Shown: piece by piece, positions 37,701 through 46,367 of the stretch
Position numbering within the stretch: the stretch's first letter is position 1
How the letters are laid out: each line of letters opens with the position of its first letter
The notes under the pieces: generated by a model
Databases searched by the model: none
Seen by the model: the letters and a program-made list of their open reading frames with translations, nothing else
Told to the model about the DNA's origin: nothing
Program-made: the position numbers and the translations under genes
Source: a virus
Taxonomy: Duplodnaviria > Caudoviricetes
Virus record (IMG/VR): IMGVR_UViG_3300049781_000059
Location: 1 to 64,000 of that record
Reading direction: 5' to 3' (one strand)
DNA: 64,000 nucleotides

Positions 37701-37940
37701 ATCGGTCGCGGCCCGGCCGCTGGCAGTCTGGGCGACCCGGAACAGGCGGCGCATGATGCGCGGCACCCGCTCCGACCACATTGTTGCGATACGGCTGAGA
37801 GAGAACCGGGCAGCAACGATTTCCGTTGCATCCTCCAGCTCTGCGGCGATCTCTTCGGCGAGCTCGTCGAGGACCGCGCGGATCTCGTCGGCTACCTGCT
37901 CCTCGGCGGTCTGGAGGAGCTGCTCCAGGTCGTCATCCAC
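34731..37940 (-). CDS. MuF-like minor capsid / capsid maturation protease fusion with internal wHTH
   Basis: RIARTE, KQWIT..D.RVR.AH, PGDP..PPALTVNCRC (MuF); TGDGR, GHDGA (protease-like); HTH insert. Confidence 0.85.
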   Translation of the reverse strand: MDDDLEQLLQTAEEQVADEIRAVLDELAEEIAAELEDATEIVAARFSLSRIATMWSERVPRIMRRLFRVAQTASGRAATDVDVELPDGWDDLPSRYDDDTLPPALGDYAEQTEHLLRAVGDRLTEAAVAALVEGLDAGEDTEALRARLRALFAADGTQLGETREERIARTEATRAWNAATLAAARDLSGPDRPLVKQWITRHDQRVRDAHADTDAQLQLLDDPFTVDGTDMAYPGDPTAPPALTVNCRCVLALARAGTEQRDATSPAGEGSSVRESHTTAAAADGPPPILTWSTPGDAALAFIGQQTGDGRVFAEGSLYWEGGPWPLQYADEMGAGHDGAELAGAIQEMSVDGPRLTGSGVLYLMQRAGAEAAMLLRQGAPLGVSVDLDDVDIELRDNTSGEEVEGEDDDLVLAAASYARASVLSLGDGAWMITASSAPEWTASGAAMQRSTRTTSIISGPGGRIPATTARTLFPGALTAAAGDPDNPQSGTVVHTEHAGDYLIRITRARVRGATLVAMPAYDKARIVLDADPTAEQPANEEEPVTEVAAAAGDDLERVIGHVCTSPVPVGAREVAEALGLTVSTTKRHLRTAVREGRVLRIGRGLYTAPSSIPEGEMVAAASGDLELPVHADRDVEWDGDAAASRVLDWATADDGTVDADGLGRAFLYRDPDADPATLAAYKLGFADVFDTGDGQRLEVVASGVYAVAGALSGARGGVDIPEDEQEQIRERVDDLYESLATAFDDSSIQPPWGDDSSDGDDMSELEASAWQVMQQSDPMPADWFTEPTEEELPSGSGGVHYKDGRIYGWVAQAGVPHAVHGRKVMIDKLGQIDTSHFLRARFALDDGSEIAVGAITMNVGHHRDGAECETASCQFDDTRTVAGIVTVGMNSGGMWFSGAAAPWLSSWDLSVFRACQPSYHMTQAGDGRWQLRAVLSVPVPGHSSPLNPEYRLAAAAHLAATAVVERSNLALTAAAATLDTEHETVPEQAGEPEPSHGRAPDTAPVTDVVQAASDLLISPAFLDRFADAFAQRQTERAQVRAELEALSALVEPTSLALTASAAPQQEGA

Positions 37941-38133
37941 GGCGGACCTCCGGGTCGTCGGGGTCGTCGCAGATGATGCAGCCGGTGACGGTGCCGACGA
38001 CCGTGACACCGTCCGCGCCGATGGCCAGCACGTCGGCAGTGAAGGCGGTGTACGCCTTGCAGACGGCGCACCACAGGTCGCCCTGGACGTTGGCCACGTC
38101 CAGACTGAGGGTCGCGGTCTGTCGCCTGTTCAT
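37933..38133 (-). CDS. small CxxC...CxxC protein
   Basis: LWCAVCK...GCIICD; overlaps both neighbours. Confidence 0.6.
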   Translation of the reverse strand: MNRRQTATLSLDVANVQGDLWCAVCKAYTAFTADVLAIGADGVTVVGTVTGCIICDDPDDPEVRRG

Positions 38134-39830
38134 GCCGCGCTCGCCTGGCACGGGTTGCGCATGATCCGGGCGGTGTCCGCGAAACTGTGCGGCTGGCGGG
38201 CGGCGACCAGGTCGCGGGCGTAGTCGTCGAGCTGCCGCGTCAGACAGTCCGCGTCGAGCCCATACCGGGCGGCGATCTCCGGGACCCGCACCCACGCACC
38301 GTCGAACAGGCGCCACTCGTCGACCAGCGCCGGGTCCACTGGGAACACCGTGTGAAGCTCGGCGGGGACGATCTCCCGGGCGCGGGCCCGCTCCGAGCGC
38401 GGGCAGACGGGACGATTCCGCAGACGGGTACCGGCAGCGTAGAGGGCACTCCAGATGATGCCGTCGACAGCAGCGAGGACGTCAGCCGGAAGGTCCAGCG
38501 GGGCGGGGACTGCAGCCGCCGGCAGGGTGTCGGGCAGGTCTTGGGTTTCGCTCACGGGCAGACTCGTCACGGTGCGGTCCTCGTTGTCGGTCGCTTCGCT
38601 GTCGGCGGCGGGGCTGTTGGGGGCGTCGGTTTCGGAGAAGCCGGTTTCGCGGCGGGCAGCGACGTCCGAGATCAGGCCGGCTTGGAAGGCTTCGAGGGCG
38701 GTCGCGGCACGGTTGGCCTGTACGCGGAGCTGGCTGGTGTCATGCCAGACAAGCCACTCCGCTGCATCGGTGACGCCCTGGGCCTCGAGGAGGGGGCGTA
38801 GCCACTGTGTGGTGAGGGCGTTCGAGACGAGGGTGAGGCGTGGCTCGACGCCGAGACGAACACCCTCAGCGGATGCGAGCCAGGCCCCCCAATGGTTGAG
38901 GCTGCCCATCCCCAGAAGCACTTCTGGAGGGGTCTCCAAGCCGGTGGCGAAGCGGCGGATGCATTCGTCCCGCAGCTTGATCGCGATCTCGTCGAAGTCC
39001 GACTCGAACTTGAGGTGCTGGATCTGCCCGATCATTTCCCCGGGGATCTGCAGGATGATCGGCACCGTGGCCGCCGCGGACTCGGGTTCGCGGTAGGCGG
39101 TGGATGCGACTTCCATGAACACGTCGACGATGTCGTCCTGCGCCTCCTGGCCGGGCGCGGTGGGGAAGGAGACACCGTTCGGCATGAACACGACGCCGCG
39201 GCCGACGAGCCGGGAGCGGGCAGCAGCGGCCACTGCGGCGTTGAGGAGCCGGAGTTCCTCAAGAACAACCAGTGAGGACCGGACCGGGCTGTCGGCTTCG
39301 ATGTGACGGCGGGGATGCGGATCCCACACGCGGATCGCGACCGGAGTGTCGGGGTCGACGGCGGCGTCGGCGTCGTAGGGCGGGATCTCGACTTCGGCGC
39401 CGTCGATCTCCGCGGTCATGGTGCCCTGCTGCTGCTTGACTTCCGCGACGGACAGCACCCTCCAGTCCGCTTCGCCGGTGTCCGTCGGGCGGATGATGAT
39501 CCAGGCTTCGCCTGCGACGACGAGGTGCGGGCCGAACTCGGCGAGGAACTGGGACTGGCCGCCGGCTCCGCCCGCGACCTGGGAGACGATCTCTGCTGCC
39601 GGGTGGCCGTCCGGGGCCTTCTCGACGGTGCCGTCTTCGAGGCGCCGGCCGGCGTAGAGGCGGGCGCCGCCCATGGCGTTGCCGATCCAGGTCGCGGCGA
39701 ACCGGACTTCGGGGATGACGCCGAAGAGGTCCCAGGCGTTCTCCTGCCAGCCGCCTCCGGTGCTGGTGGTCTGCCTGCCGAGTTTGCGGGAGGTGAACCG
39801 GGCCGCGGCGGCCGTGAGTTGGCGGATCAC
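38130..39830 (-). CDS. portal protein
   Basis: WQENAWDLFGVIPEVRFAATWIGNA, HLVVAGE, WDPHP..DSP.R, RSRL.G.G, NHWGAW; position after terminase. Confidence 0.85.
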   Translation of the reverse strand: MIRQLTAAAARFTSRKLGRQTTSTGGGWQENAWDLFGVIPEVRFAATWIGNAMGGARLYAGRRLEDGTVEKAPDGHPAAEIVSQVAGGAGGQSQFLAEFGPHLVVAGEAWIIIRPTDTGEADWRVLSVAEVKQQQGTMTAEIDGAEVEIPPYDADAAVDPDTPVAIRVWDPHPRRHIEADSPVRSSLVVLEELRLLNAAVAAAARSRLVGRGVVFMPNGVSFPTAPGQEAQDDIVDVFMEVASTAYREPESAAATVPIILQIPGEMIGQIQHLKFESDFDEIAIKLRDECIRRFATGLETPPEVLLGMGSLNHWGAWLASAEGVRLGVEPRLTLVSNALTTQWLRPLLEAQGVTDAAEWLVWHDTSQLRVQANRAATALEAFQAGLISDVAARRETGFSETDAPNSPAADSEATDNEDRTVTSLPVSETQDLPDTLPAAAVPAPLDLPADVLAAVDGIIWSALYAAGTRLRNRPVCPRSERARAREIVPAELHTVFPVDPALVDEWRLFDGAWVRVPEIAARYGLDADCLTRQLDDYARDLVAARQPHSFADTARIMRNPCQASAA

Positions 39831-40150
39831 TCCGCATCCCACGTGTTGTCGCGCCGGTTGAGCAGGGCTTGGAGGCCGGCGACGGCGAACCAGAGCAGCC
39901 CGAACTGGATGATCGGGTTGTCGCGCCAGAACCACCAGGCGGTGAGGACAGCTCCGGACAGCCAGAAGCCGAGGCAGTAGATGCAGGAGATGAGCTGCAT
40001 GAGGAGGCTACGCGGCTTGCTGTCGATCTTGTTGGCGTGCCAGGTGGCGAGGCGGTGGCGGGCGGGGTCGAGGATGGTGTCGTGGACGCCGAGTTGGGTG
40101 GCGCGGTAGGACGCAGCGCCGAGGAGCGCGAGTTCCGGGAGTGAGATCAA
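39827..40150 (-). CDS. DUF1360-like membrane protein
   Basis: R.TQL...D.I.DP.R...LISCIYCLGFW pattern. Confidence 0.75.
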   Translation of the reverse strand: MISLPELALLGAASYRATQLGVHDTILDPARHRLATWHANKIDSKPRSLLMQLISCIYCLGFWLSGAVLTAWWFWRDNPIIQFGLLWFAVAGLQALLNRRDNTWDAE

Positions 40151-40257
40151 GGCCGCCCCCTGGTGGAGATCCTCCGGTGTCGGCGCCCACTATAAGCCTA
40201 TGGCCGGAAAACCTTCTCTCACAGGCCCCTTGAGCAGGAATATCTTCACGACGGGGG

Positions 40258-41631
40258 TTACTTTCCGAAGACCGGCCGCGCATAGCGCGACGCCGCCGCC
40301 GAACCCCCCGACGCGCGCCTGGCAGGCGACTGCACACGCCCCTCCCCCACCAGGTCCACCGCGGCGACCATGTACCGCATCGCGTCCATGCCGTGGTCAT
40401 CCTTCTTCAGCGGCTGCTCCTTCAACCCCCCGGCCGCGCCCGGCTTGACCGCCCACACATAGCCGTTGATTTCCTGGGCGGTGGACGTCGGCTTGCCCGC
40501 GTCGGCGAGGTCCTGGTCTCGGTCGACTACGGAGTCCCGCAGGATGAACAGGCGCGGCTTGCCGTCACCGGCCGGGCGGATCCGGGTCTGCACGGCCTGA
40601 ATGCCTGGGGAGACCGTCTTCTTTGCGGCGGTCGTGACGAAGCCCGAGTGCCTTTCGAAGGTGGCCCGGTCTTCGGCGTCGTGGTCGCAGACCACCACGA
40701 CGGGGTGCGGTTCGCCGGTCTCGCCGATGATCCGCTTTACCTGCTTGGCGTGATCCTCGGCGAGCACTCGTGTCCTGTAGATCTCCCGGTACAGGTACAG
40801 GCGCCCATCCCCGTCTTGCGCCCACCACTGGATCACCATGGGGTTCGTGAAGCCGAAGTCGATCGACATGTACCGCTGCCAGGCATCCGGGATGTCAAAG
40901 CGTTCGATGATGTGGACGGCGTCCTGCCACTCGTCGTAGATCACACCTTCGGCACTGACCCAGTTCCCCCAGCGCAGCCGCTGGTAGCGCGGCCCGGTGA
41001 GGCTGTCCAGGCGCTCCAGGTAGGCCTGGCCGTACTCGGTCCATTCGCCGTTCTGGTAGAGACGCGGGTTGTCCTCGTGCCGGCTGTAGAGGATGCGGCA
41101 CCGGCCGGCGTCCGCCCTCAGTTTCAAGTGGTGGCTGGGAGGGCCGGGGTTGGTACACATGATCAGCCGCTGGAGTGGGAGAACTCCATTGCGGAGGCGG
41201 GAGATGATCGTGTCGAGGTCTTCGGCTGTTACCTCGATCGCTTCATCGACCAGCACAAGATCGAACTCGGTGGACAGTAGCTTGGTTGGTCGATCAAGAC
41301 CGCCGACCACGATGACGCTGCCGTTGGCGTACCGGTAGCTGGCGGGCTCCTGCGCCGACCCGCCAAAGAAGTGCAGCAGACCTGCGTCGATGGCCTCCTT
41401 CGCGACCTTCTCCCGAAAGCTGACGAGCGTCGACGAGGTGAGAGACGCATGGGTTTTACGCACGATCAACGCGCGGGATTTCGGATTGCCGAGGCACTGC
41501 AGGTGCACGTACATGAGCGCGCCCACACTCTTGCCGGTGCCGGCCGCGCCAGAGAGCAGCACTTCGGTGTCCGTGGATCGGAAGAGTTCCCGGACGGCTC
41601 CCCGGGCCTCGAATGTGACGGTGTCAGCCAT
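40258..41631 (-). CDS. terL: terminase large subunit
   Basis: Walker A SGAAGTGKS, Walker B LVLVDEA, TNPG, SIDFG and DDHGMDA nuclease motifs. Confidence 0.95.
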   Translation of the reverse strand: MADTVTFEARGAVRELFRSTDTEVLLSGAAGTGKSVGALMYVHLQCLGNPKSRALIVRKTHASLTSSTLVSFREKVAKEAIDAGLLHFFGGSAQEPASYRYANGSVIVVGGLDRPTKLLSTEFDLVLVDEAIEVTAEDLDTIISRLRNGVLPLQRLIMCTNPGPPSHHLKLRADAGRCRILYSRHEDNPRLYQNGEWTEYGQAYLERLDSLTGPRYQRLRWGNWVSAEGVIYDEWQDAVHIIERFDIPDAWQRYMSIDFGFTNPMVIQWWAQDGDGRLYLYREIYRTRVLAEDHAKQVKRIIGETGEPHPVVVVCDHDAEDRATFERHSGFVTTAAKKTVSPGIQAVQTRIRPAGDGKPRLFILRDSVVDRDQDLADAGKPTSTAQEINGYVWAVKPGAAGGLKEQPLKKDDHGMDAMRYMVAAVDLVGEGRVQSPARRASGGSAAASRYARPVFGK

Positions 41632-42118
41632 CGCTTGCGTCGTCTGCGAGGCCGATGATCTCGTATCGGACTCCGCCGGATACGTCGATCTTCTTTCGGG
41701 CGTCGAGGCCGAAGAGGCGCCGGTAGCTTTCGCGTACCTTGACGAGCCGGTCGATCGCGGCGAGTTTCGGGCCGTCGTCGCGTAGCGGGGTGCCGTCGTC
41801 GTCGGTGACGATGCGGCCGTGGGACACCATGACGTGATCGCGGTTCAGGATGTCCAGGGCTTCCTCGTAGAGACTGTCGAGGCGGGCGGCTTCGTGTTTG
41901 ATGAGGGCTTCGGCGGGGCCTTGGACGATGTCGCGTAGGGCGCGTTGGATGGCTTGGCGGGCGCTGGATTTGTCGGTGTAGCCGAGTTCGTCGGCGATGT
42001 CTTGCAGTTTCCAGCCTTGTGCGCGGAGTTCGGCTGCGCGGGCGTCGCGTTCTGCGGTTTCGGAGGTGCGTATGTAGCGGCCTTTGCCGTCTCGGGCATT
42101 GTCGGGCGGTGGTGTCAC
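41624..42118 (-). CDS. terminase small subunit (HTH)
   Basis: GWKLQDIADELGY HTH; D..R.RLFGLDA; overlaps terL. Confidence 0.75.
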   Translation of the reverse strand: MTPPPDNARDGKGRYIRTSETAERDARAAELRAQGWKLQDIADELGYTDKSSARQAIQRALRDIVQGPAEALIKHEAARLDSLYEEALDILNRDHVMVSHGRIVTDDDGTPLRDDGPKLAAIDRLVKVRESYRRLFGLDARKKIDVSGGVRYEIIGLADDASDG

Positions 42119-42243
42119 GGTGCCGCCTCCGCTCAGGGGTTACTGGCTGATCACCTCAGATGGTAACGACCCCGGTTCTGGGCGCGGAGTACGCCATGCG
42201 TGAGGGCCCGCACCTGGCACAGTGCAGGCCCTCGGCGGGGCGG

Positions 42244-42555
42244 TCACTTCTCGGTGGCGCGGTCGGCTGACGGCTGGAAACCGCAGGAGCAGAGCGCGCC
42301 CTCGCGGACGTAGCAGCCCTTGTGGTGACCGGCGAACACGTCGTTCGCGGTCGACTCGATAGCGTCGGCGAGTCCGAAGAGGCTCAGGGCGATCGTCCCG
42401 GACCACGTGTGGGCCTCCCTGCGAACAACCTCGGCGTCGCCGCGTGCGACGGCTTCGCTGAGGTATTCGCGCACGCGGTCTGCATCCCATGCCGGTAGCA
42501 GGATCAGGTTCTCCTGTACGACGCGGATGGCCTCTGTCACGGTCGGGGTGCTCAT
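42244..42555 (-). CDS. hypothetical protein
   Basis: ORF with RBS; terminal H.GC...CSCG. Confidence 0.6.
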   Translation of the reverse strand: MSTPTVTEAIRVVQENLILLPAWDADRVREYLSEAVARGDAEVVRREAHTWSGTIALSLFGLADAIESTANDVFAGHHKGCYVREGALCSCGFQPSADRATEK

Positions 42556-42565
42556 GGTCGATCTC

Positions 42566-42667
42566 CTACTCCTCGTCGTCTTCCTGCTCGCTGCGCCAGG
42601 TGTCGCACCCCTGGCAGTGCTCGTCGTGCTCCTGGTTTTCAGTCCCGCAGGACTCGCAGGTCCACAT
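42566..42667 (-). CDS. 33-aa RanBP2-type zinc-finger microprotein (not in ORF track)
   Basis: MWTCESCGTENQEHDEHCQGCDTWRSEQEDDEE fits W-x-C-x2-C-x3-N-x6-C-x2-C; GAGG RBS; fills the intergenic gap. Confidence 0.7.
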   Translation of the reverse strand: MWTCESCGTENQEHDEHCQGCDTWRSEQEDDEE

Positions 42668-42678
42668 GGCGGGTGTCC

Positions 42679-42948
42679 TCACTTCTCGATGGCGTGGTTG
42701 GTGGCAAGGGGCAGCACGGCGGCGAGGACCGCGCGGACGCTGTCGGCGGAGAGCGCTCCTGCGGCACGCACCCCAGCCATGACGAGATCGTGCGGAACGT
42801 CCTCAGGGCGCATCTGCTGCGGCCTGGGCTGGGAGGCGGGCGCGGAGGCCAGGAGAGCGTCCAGATTGGCGTGAGCCCTGGGCGTACTGAGTCCGGCCTG
42901 GGTCAGGTATCCAATCAGGCGGGCGCGGTGCGCCTCGTAGTCGCTCAC
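42679..42948 (-). CDS. hypothetical protein
   Basis: Tightly packed early-type ORF with RBS. Confidence 0.55.
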   Translation of the reverse strand: MSDYEAHRARLIGYLTQAGLSTPRAHANLDALLASAPASQPRPQQMRPEDVPHDLVMAGVRAAGALSADSVRAVLAAVLPLATNHAIEK

Positions 42949-42950
42949 GA

Positions 42951-43199
42951 TCAGTCCCCTTTCTCGTCTGCGTTCTGGATGCCGATGACGGCGATGTCGC
43001 CCCGGCTGATCTGGTACCGACACCCGTCGACTTCGGCCGTGATCCCGTCGGGGCCCGCTTCGGTGATCTCATAGACGCGGTCCCGGTCCTTGCGGGTGGC
43101 GGCGCGCGGGAACCGCACCCCGGCGCCCACGGCGTAGCGGCGGCCGTCGATCTCGAACACGGATACCTCCGTGGACCGGCCAGTGTGGAGTGCAGTCAC
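42951..43199 (-). CDS. hypothetical protein
   Basis: Tightly packed ORF, beta-rich. Confidence 0.6.
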   Translation of the reverse strand: MTALHTGRSTEVSVFEIDGRRYAVGAGVRFPRAATRKDRDRVYEITEAGPDGITAEVDGCRYQISRGDIAVIGIQNADEKGD

Positions 43200-43420
43200 T
43201 TCCGGGCGTCCCCGATCTCGATGACTTCGAGCTGCTTGTCAACGGGGAGTTGGTGGAGGAACGCTGCATCCCCGTAGGCCGCCTCCTTGGAGGCATGGGC
43301 CTCCTCGGCGGTCGTGGCGGTGAAGGCAATCCAGGAGGCGGTGCACCACGGTTCGTCGCCAGCGTTGAAGTGGTGCATGATGCCGTGGCTGAAGCACCAG
43401 GCGTAGATGGTCTTGCGCAT
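43196..43420 (-). CDS. hypothetical protein
   Basis: MRKTIYAWCFSHG...WCT; 4-bp overlap. Confidence 0.6.
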   Translation of the reverse strand: MRKTIYAWCFSHGIMHHFNAGDEPWCTASWIAFTATTAEEAHASKEAAYGDAAFLHQLPVDKQLEVIEIGDARK

Positions 43421-43422
43421 GA

Positions 43423-43608
43423 TCAGTCCTCGTCTTCCAGTTCGTCGAGGAAGACGCCATAGCTGTTCTGGCACTCGTTCTTGGCCTCGTCCATTGGTCC
43501 GTCCTCGTCTCGGTCGAAGTGTGCGCGGTCGGCGGCAGCCGCCTCAGCGGGCGACTCATCCCAGACGGGGCCAGGCTCGACCAGCGGACCGTCAGGCAGG
43601 GGGGTCAC
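43423..43608 (-). CDS. acidic hypothetical protein
   Basis: Packed ORF. Confidence 0.5.
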   Translation of the reverse strand: MTPLPDGPLVEPGPVWDESPAEAAAADRAHFDRDEDGPMDEAKNECQNSYGVFLDELEDED

Positions 43609-43823
43609 GGCAGCTCGTTTCGCTGGAGGTCGAAGCTGAGCATCACCGCGTCGGCGAGGTACGGGCTGACTTCGACGACTTGGCGGCGGATCTCGGTCAT
43701 GGCATCGAAGCGGCTCATGCCCGGCGTCGGTGTCCAGTGGCCGTTGCGCTCCTGTGCACTCAGGCCGACCGCGTTGTGTGTCAGGAAGGACATGTGCCAG
43801 AAGTGGGATCCCTGCTCTGTCAC
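43605..43823 (-). CDS. hypothetical protein
   Basis: MTEQGSHFWHMSF...SFDLQRNEL; overlaps neighbours. Confidence 0.6.
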   Translation of the reverse strand: MTEQGSHFWHMSFLTHNAVGLSAQERNGHWTPTPGMSRFDAMTEIRRQVVEVSPYLADAVMLSFDLQRNELP

Positions 43824-44047
43824 GGTGTCTCCTTGGGGATCTCGTCGGCGGTCACGGTTTCGAACCAACGCCAGAGGCCGTTCTCCCACTGCTCCACCTT
43901 TGCGGTGCAGGCGGGGCTGTCGAAGATGACGGGCAGGTCGGTGCGGATGAACGCGTAGGTCTTCGCCTCGCTGGTGAACGAGTACGTGGCCTGGGTCTCC
44001 AAGGTCGAGACGATCACCCGCCACGGCTTACGCGGCTTCGCGGTCAC
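43820..44047 (-). CDS. hypothetical protein
   Basis: Packed ORF; VEQWENGLWRWF. Confidence 0.6.
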   Translation of the reverse strand: MTAKPRKPWRVIVSTLETQATYSFTSEAKTYAFIRTDLPVIFDSPACTAKVEQWENGLWRWFETVTADEIPKETP

Positions 44048-44310
44048 GGCTGCGGCTCCTTGGGCGTCTCTTCGCGGATGACGATGATCGCGGCGCGGTG
44101 GTTTTCCATCCCGGCTTCCCGGTCGGTGGCCCGCTTCGACGACATGTCGATGACGTAGCCGCCGATGCTCCAGCCCCGGTGCCGCTTGTCGGGACTGTCG
44201 TCGAAGATGGCGGTGTCGTAGTAGTCGGCGGCGATCCGGATCGTGGAAACGGTGAGCTGCTTATCGCCGTAGATGACGGGACGTTGGGCGACGATCTGGG
44301 GTACGGCCAC
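44044..44310 (-). CDS. hypothetical protein
   Basis: Packed ORF with RBS. Confidence 0.6.
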   Translation of the reverse strand: MAVPQIVAQRPVIYGDKQLTVSTIRIAADYYDTAIFDDSPDKRHRGWSIGGYVIDMSSKRATDREAGMENHRAAIIVIREETPKEPQP

Positions 44311-44320
44311 GGTGGGCCTC

Positions 44321-44581
44321 CTATCGGGTCAGGCTGGGCAGGTCGGCCCAGCGGACGGCAAGTCGGGGATCGTGCGCGGCCAGCACCTTCGACGCGCGGG
44401 CGAGCCGCTGGTGCAGCAGTTCGCGGGCTTCCGCGTACTGCGGGCCGGTGCAGCGGGTGAGCAGCCGGCCCGCCTCCGCCGCATCAGCCACCGCAGCCTG
44501 CACCTGGGGCGGGAGCTGGGCGGCGACCCGGTCCGCGATGCCGTTTGGGACCGGGACGCCGGTGCGCAGCGGGGTGATCAC
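44321..44581 (-). CDS. hypothetical protein
   Basis: Packed ORF. Confidence 0.55.
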   Translation of the reverse strand: MITPLRTGVPVPNGIADRVAAQLPPQVQAAVADAAEAGRLLTRCTGPQYAEARELLHQRLARASKVLAAHDPRLAVRWADLPSLTR

Positions 44582-44796
44582 TGGGTTCCCTCTGGGACGA
44601 CGGTGACGGTCTCGTCCATGTGCAAGGTCTGGCGGCTGTCGTCGCCTCTGCGGTCCCAGCCGAGCACGAGATGGGCGACGCCCGCCTGCCAGTCACGATC
44701 GATGGCGGTGATGTACATGACCCGCCCGTAGCTGACGATGCGGTCCGTGCGAATGAGCTGACTGACCTGCTTTGTGGTCATGGTCTCGTTGGTCAC
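44578..44796 (-). CDS. hypothetical protein
   Basis: Packed ORF. Confidence 0.55.
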   Translation of the reverse strand: MTNETMTTKQVSQLIRTDRIVSYGRVMYITAIDRDWQAGVAHLVLGWDRRGDDSRQTLHMDETVTVVPEGTQ

Positions 44797-44829
44797 GGGG
44801 ATCTCCGGCCGGTAGTGAGAGGTGGGTGG

Positions 44830-45195
44830 TCAGGCGATGTAGTGCGGGATTCGGGACTTGCAAGCGGGTCGACCGTGTTCTCCTTCGCGGAGGAGGGCGA
44901 AGTCGGCGCCTGGACGGCAGGCGGGGTGGTGGTGGCGGCATTCAGCGTTGTTGCCGACCGTGACAACGGGTCCGGTGATCTGTTTCCAGCAGCTCCAGCA
45001 CACTTCATCGGGGACATGCCAGGTCCCGAAGGTGGGGTGTACGTACTCGGTCGGGATGCCAATGAACGCGGCCTCGTATGCCCAGGCGTCGGCGCGGGAG
45101 GTCCAGGCATCGGCGTCGGCCACTCGGTCGCCAGCCATCCGGGCAGCGTCCATGAGGTCGCTGACGTGCCGGTGGAGACGGTAGGGGTCCGGCAT
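44830..45195 (-). CDS. hypothetical protein with CxxC motif
   Basis: MPDPYRLHR...CWSCW; AGGAG RBS. Confidence 0.55.
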   Translation of the reverse strand: MPDPYRLHRHVSDLMDAARMAGDRVADADAWTSRADAWAYEAAFIGIPTEYVHPTFGTWHVPDEVCWSCWKQITGPVVTVGNNAECRHHHPACRPGADFALLREGEHGRPACKSRIPHYIA

Positions 45196-45203
45196 CAGAT
45201 CTC

Positions 45204-45542
45204 CTAGGCGGCGAGCGACAGTCGGGCGGCGGCGAGTTTGAACTCCATCCGGCGCGGGCGGTAGGCGGCGGCGATCACCGCGACCTGCATGGGCGTGTAC
45301 CGCTGACAGTCCCGCATGCGCTGCCCGCGGTGGATACGGCCCGGGATGCCGACGACACCAAGCTTGGCGGCGACCTTGCGGAGGGTGCCGACCATGCTGC
45401 GGGCGTCGCGCGGGGCGAGGCCCTGGGCGATGGCGTGGGAGGCGAGGGTGCCGGTGCCGCGACGGTTGATGCGGGCCCGGGCGCGGGTGGTGCGGGTCCG
45501 GGCTTTGAGTGTGGCGCGGCGGACGCGGTTCGAGGTGATCAT
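45204..45542 (-). CDS. basic hypothetical protein
   Basis: Arg-rich ORF; TLASHAIAQGL...YRPRRMEFK. Confidence 0.6.
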   Translation of the reverse strand: MITSNRVRRATLKARTRTTRARARINRRGTGTLASHAIAQGLAPRDARSMVGTLRKVAAKLGVVGIPGRIHRGQRMRDCQRYTPMQVAVIAAAYRPRRMEFKLAAARLSLAA

Positions 45543-45602
45543 GCGGGTCCCCCTTGGTGTGGATCTGCGGTGGATCGGTGGGCCCGGCCTCCCCCGGGCG
45601 GG

Positions 45603-45950
45603 TCAGGCGGGGATGACGCAGATGTCGCTGCCGCCGAGGAACCGGGTGTCGGCGGCCGTGGTCCGGACGATGCGGAGCGGCTGGCCGTCGCGGTTGGTGA
45701 CGTGCCATTCCTCGACGGTGCCGCCCTCGGCGAGGGTTTCGGCAATGTCGGCCTCGGCCTTGGTGATCGTGTGGTGGCCCCACGGGCTGCCGTAGCAGTC
45801 GTAGTTGGCGACGACGGCGGGCTCCGGCTCGGGCTCGACGACCGGGGCGGGGGTGGGGGTGTTGAGGTCGCGGATCGGCTGCGGGTCGATCGGGGCGAGG
45901 ACGATCGCCGTTCCGATGATGGTGGCGGTGGCGAGTTCGTAGGTGTCCAT
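45603..45950 (-). CDS. hypothetical protein
   Basis: First gene of the leftward small-ORF operon; GGGAG RBS. Confidence 0.6.
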   Translation of the reverse strand: MDTYELATATIIGTAIVLAPIDPQPIRDLNTPTPAPVVEPEPEPAVVANYDCYGSPWGHHTITKAEADIAETLAEGGTVEEWHVTNRDGQPLRIVRTTAADTRFLGGSDICVIPA

Positions 45951-46085
45951 GTGCGCTCCCGTGTTGGCTTCTTGGCCATCAGTGCCGACTGGCAACTCAC
46001 TAGCGATCATGTGTTGCGCTGCCGACACCTCAGACAGTAGCGCTGAGGCATGGGCACCGCAACCCTCTTGCGATACATTGATGTC

Positions 46086-46367
46086 ATGACGTCGACCCCG
46101 CCCACCCTCGAAGAGATCGCCGCAGCTGGCACGCGCCGACAACGCGACGCCGACCGACTCAAGAAGTCCAGCGACGAACTGCGCGAACTCGTCCTCGCCG
46201 CCCTCCGCGAGGGCCACCTGAAACCCACCGAGGTCGCCAAAGCCTCCGGCTGGACCGGCGCGCACGTCCGCAAGATGGCTCGCGACGCCGGAATCGAGCC
46301 GGACGAGCGGTACAGGGAGCGGGCAGAGCGACTCCGCAAAGCCCAAGCAACAGAGGAGTCCGCATGA
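46086..46367 (+). CDS. HTH DNA-binding protein
   Basis: GHLKPTEVAKASGWTGAHVRKMARDAG; divergent from small-ORF operon. Confidence 0.8.
   Translation: MTSTPPTLEEIAAAGTRRQRDADRLKKSSDELRELVLAALREGHLKPTEVAKASGWTGAHVRKMARDAGIEPDERYRERAERLRKAQATEESA

Noticed and set aside
42172-42187. CCGGTTCTGGGCGCGG resembling the late leader motif upstream of terS
   Set aside because: Wrong strand relative to terS, several mismatches and no correctly spaced -10; probably coincidental
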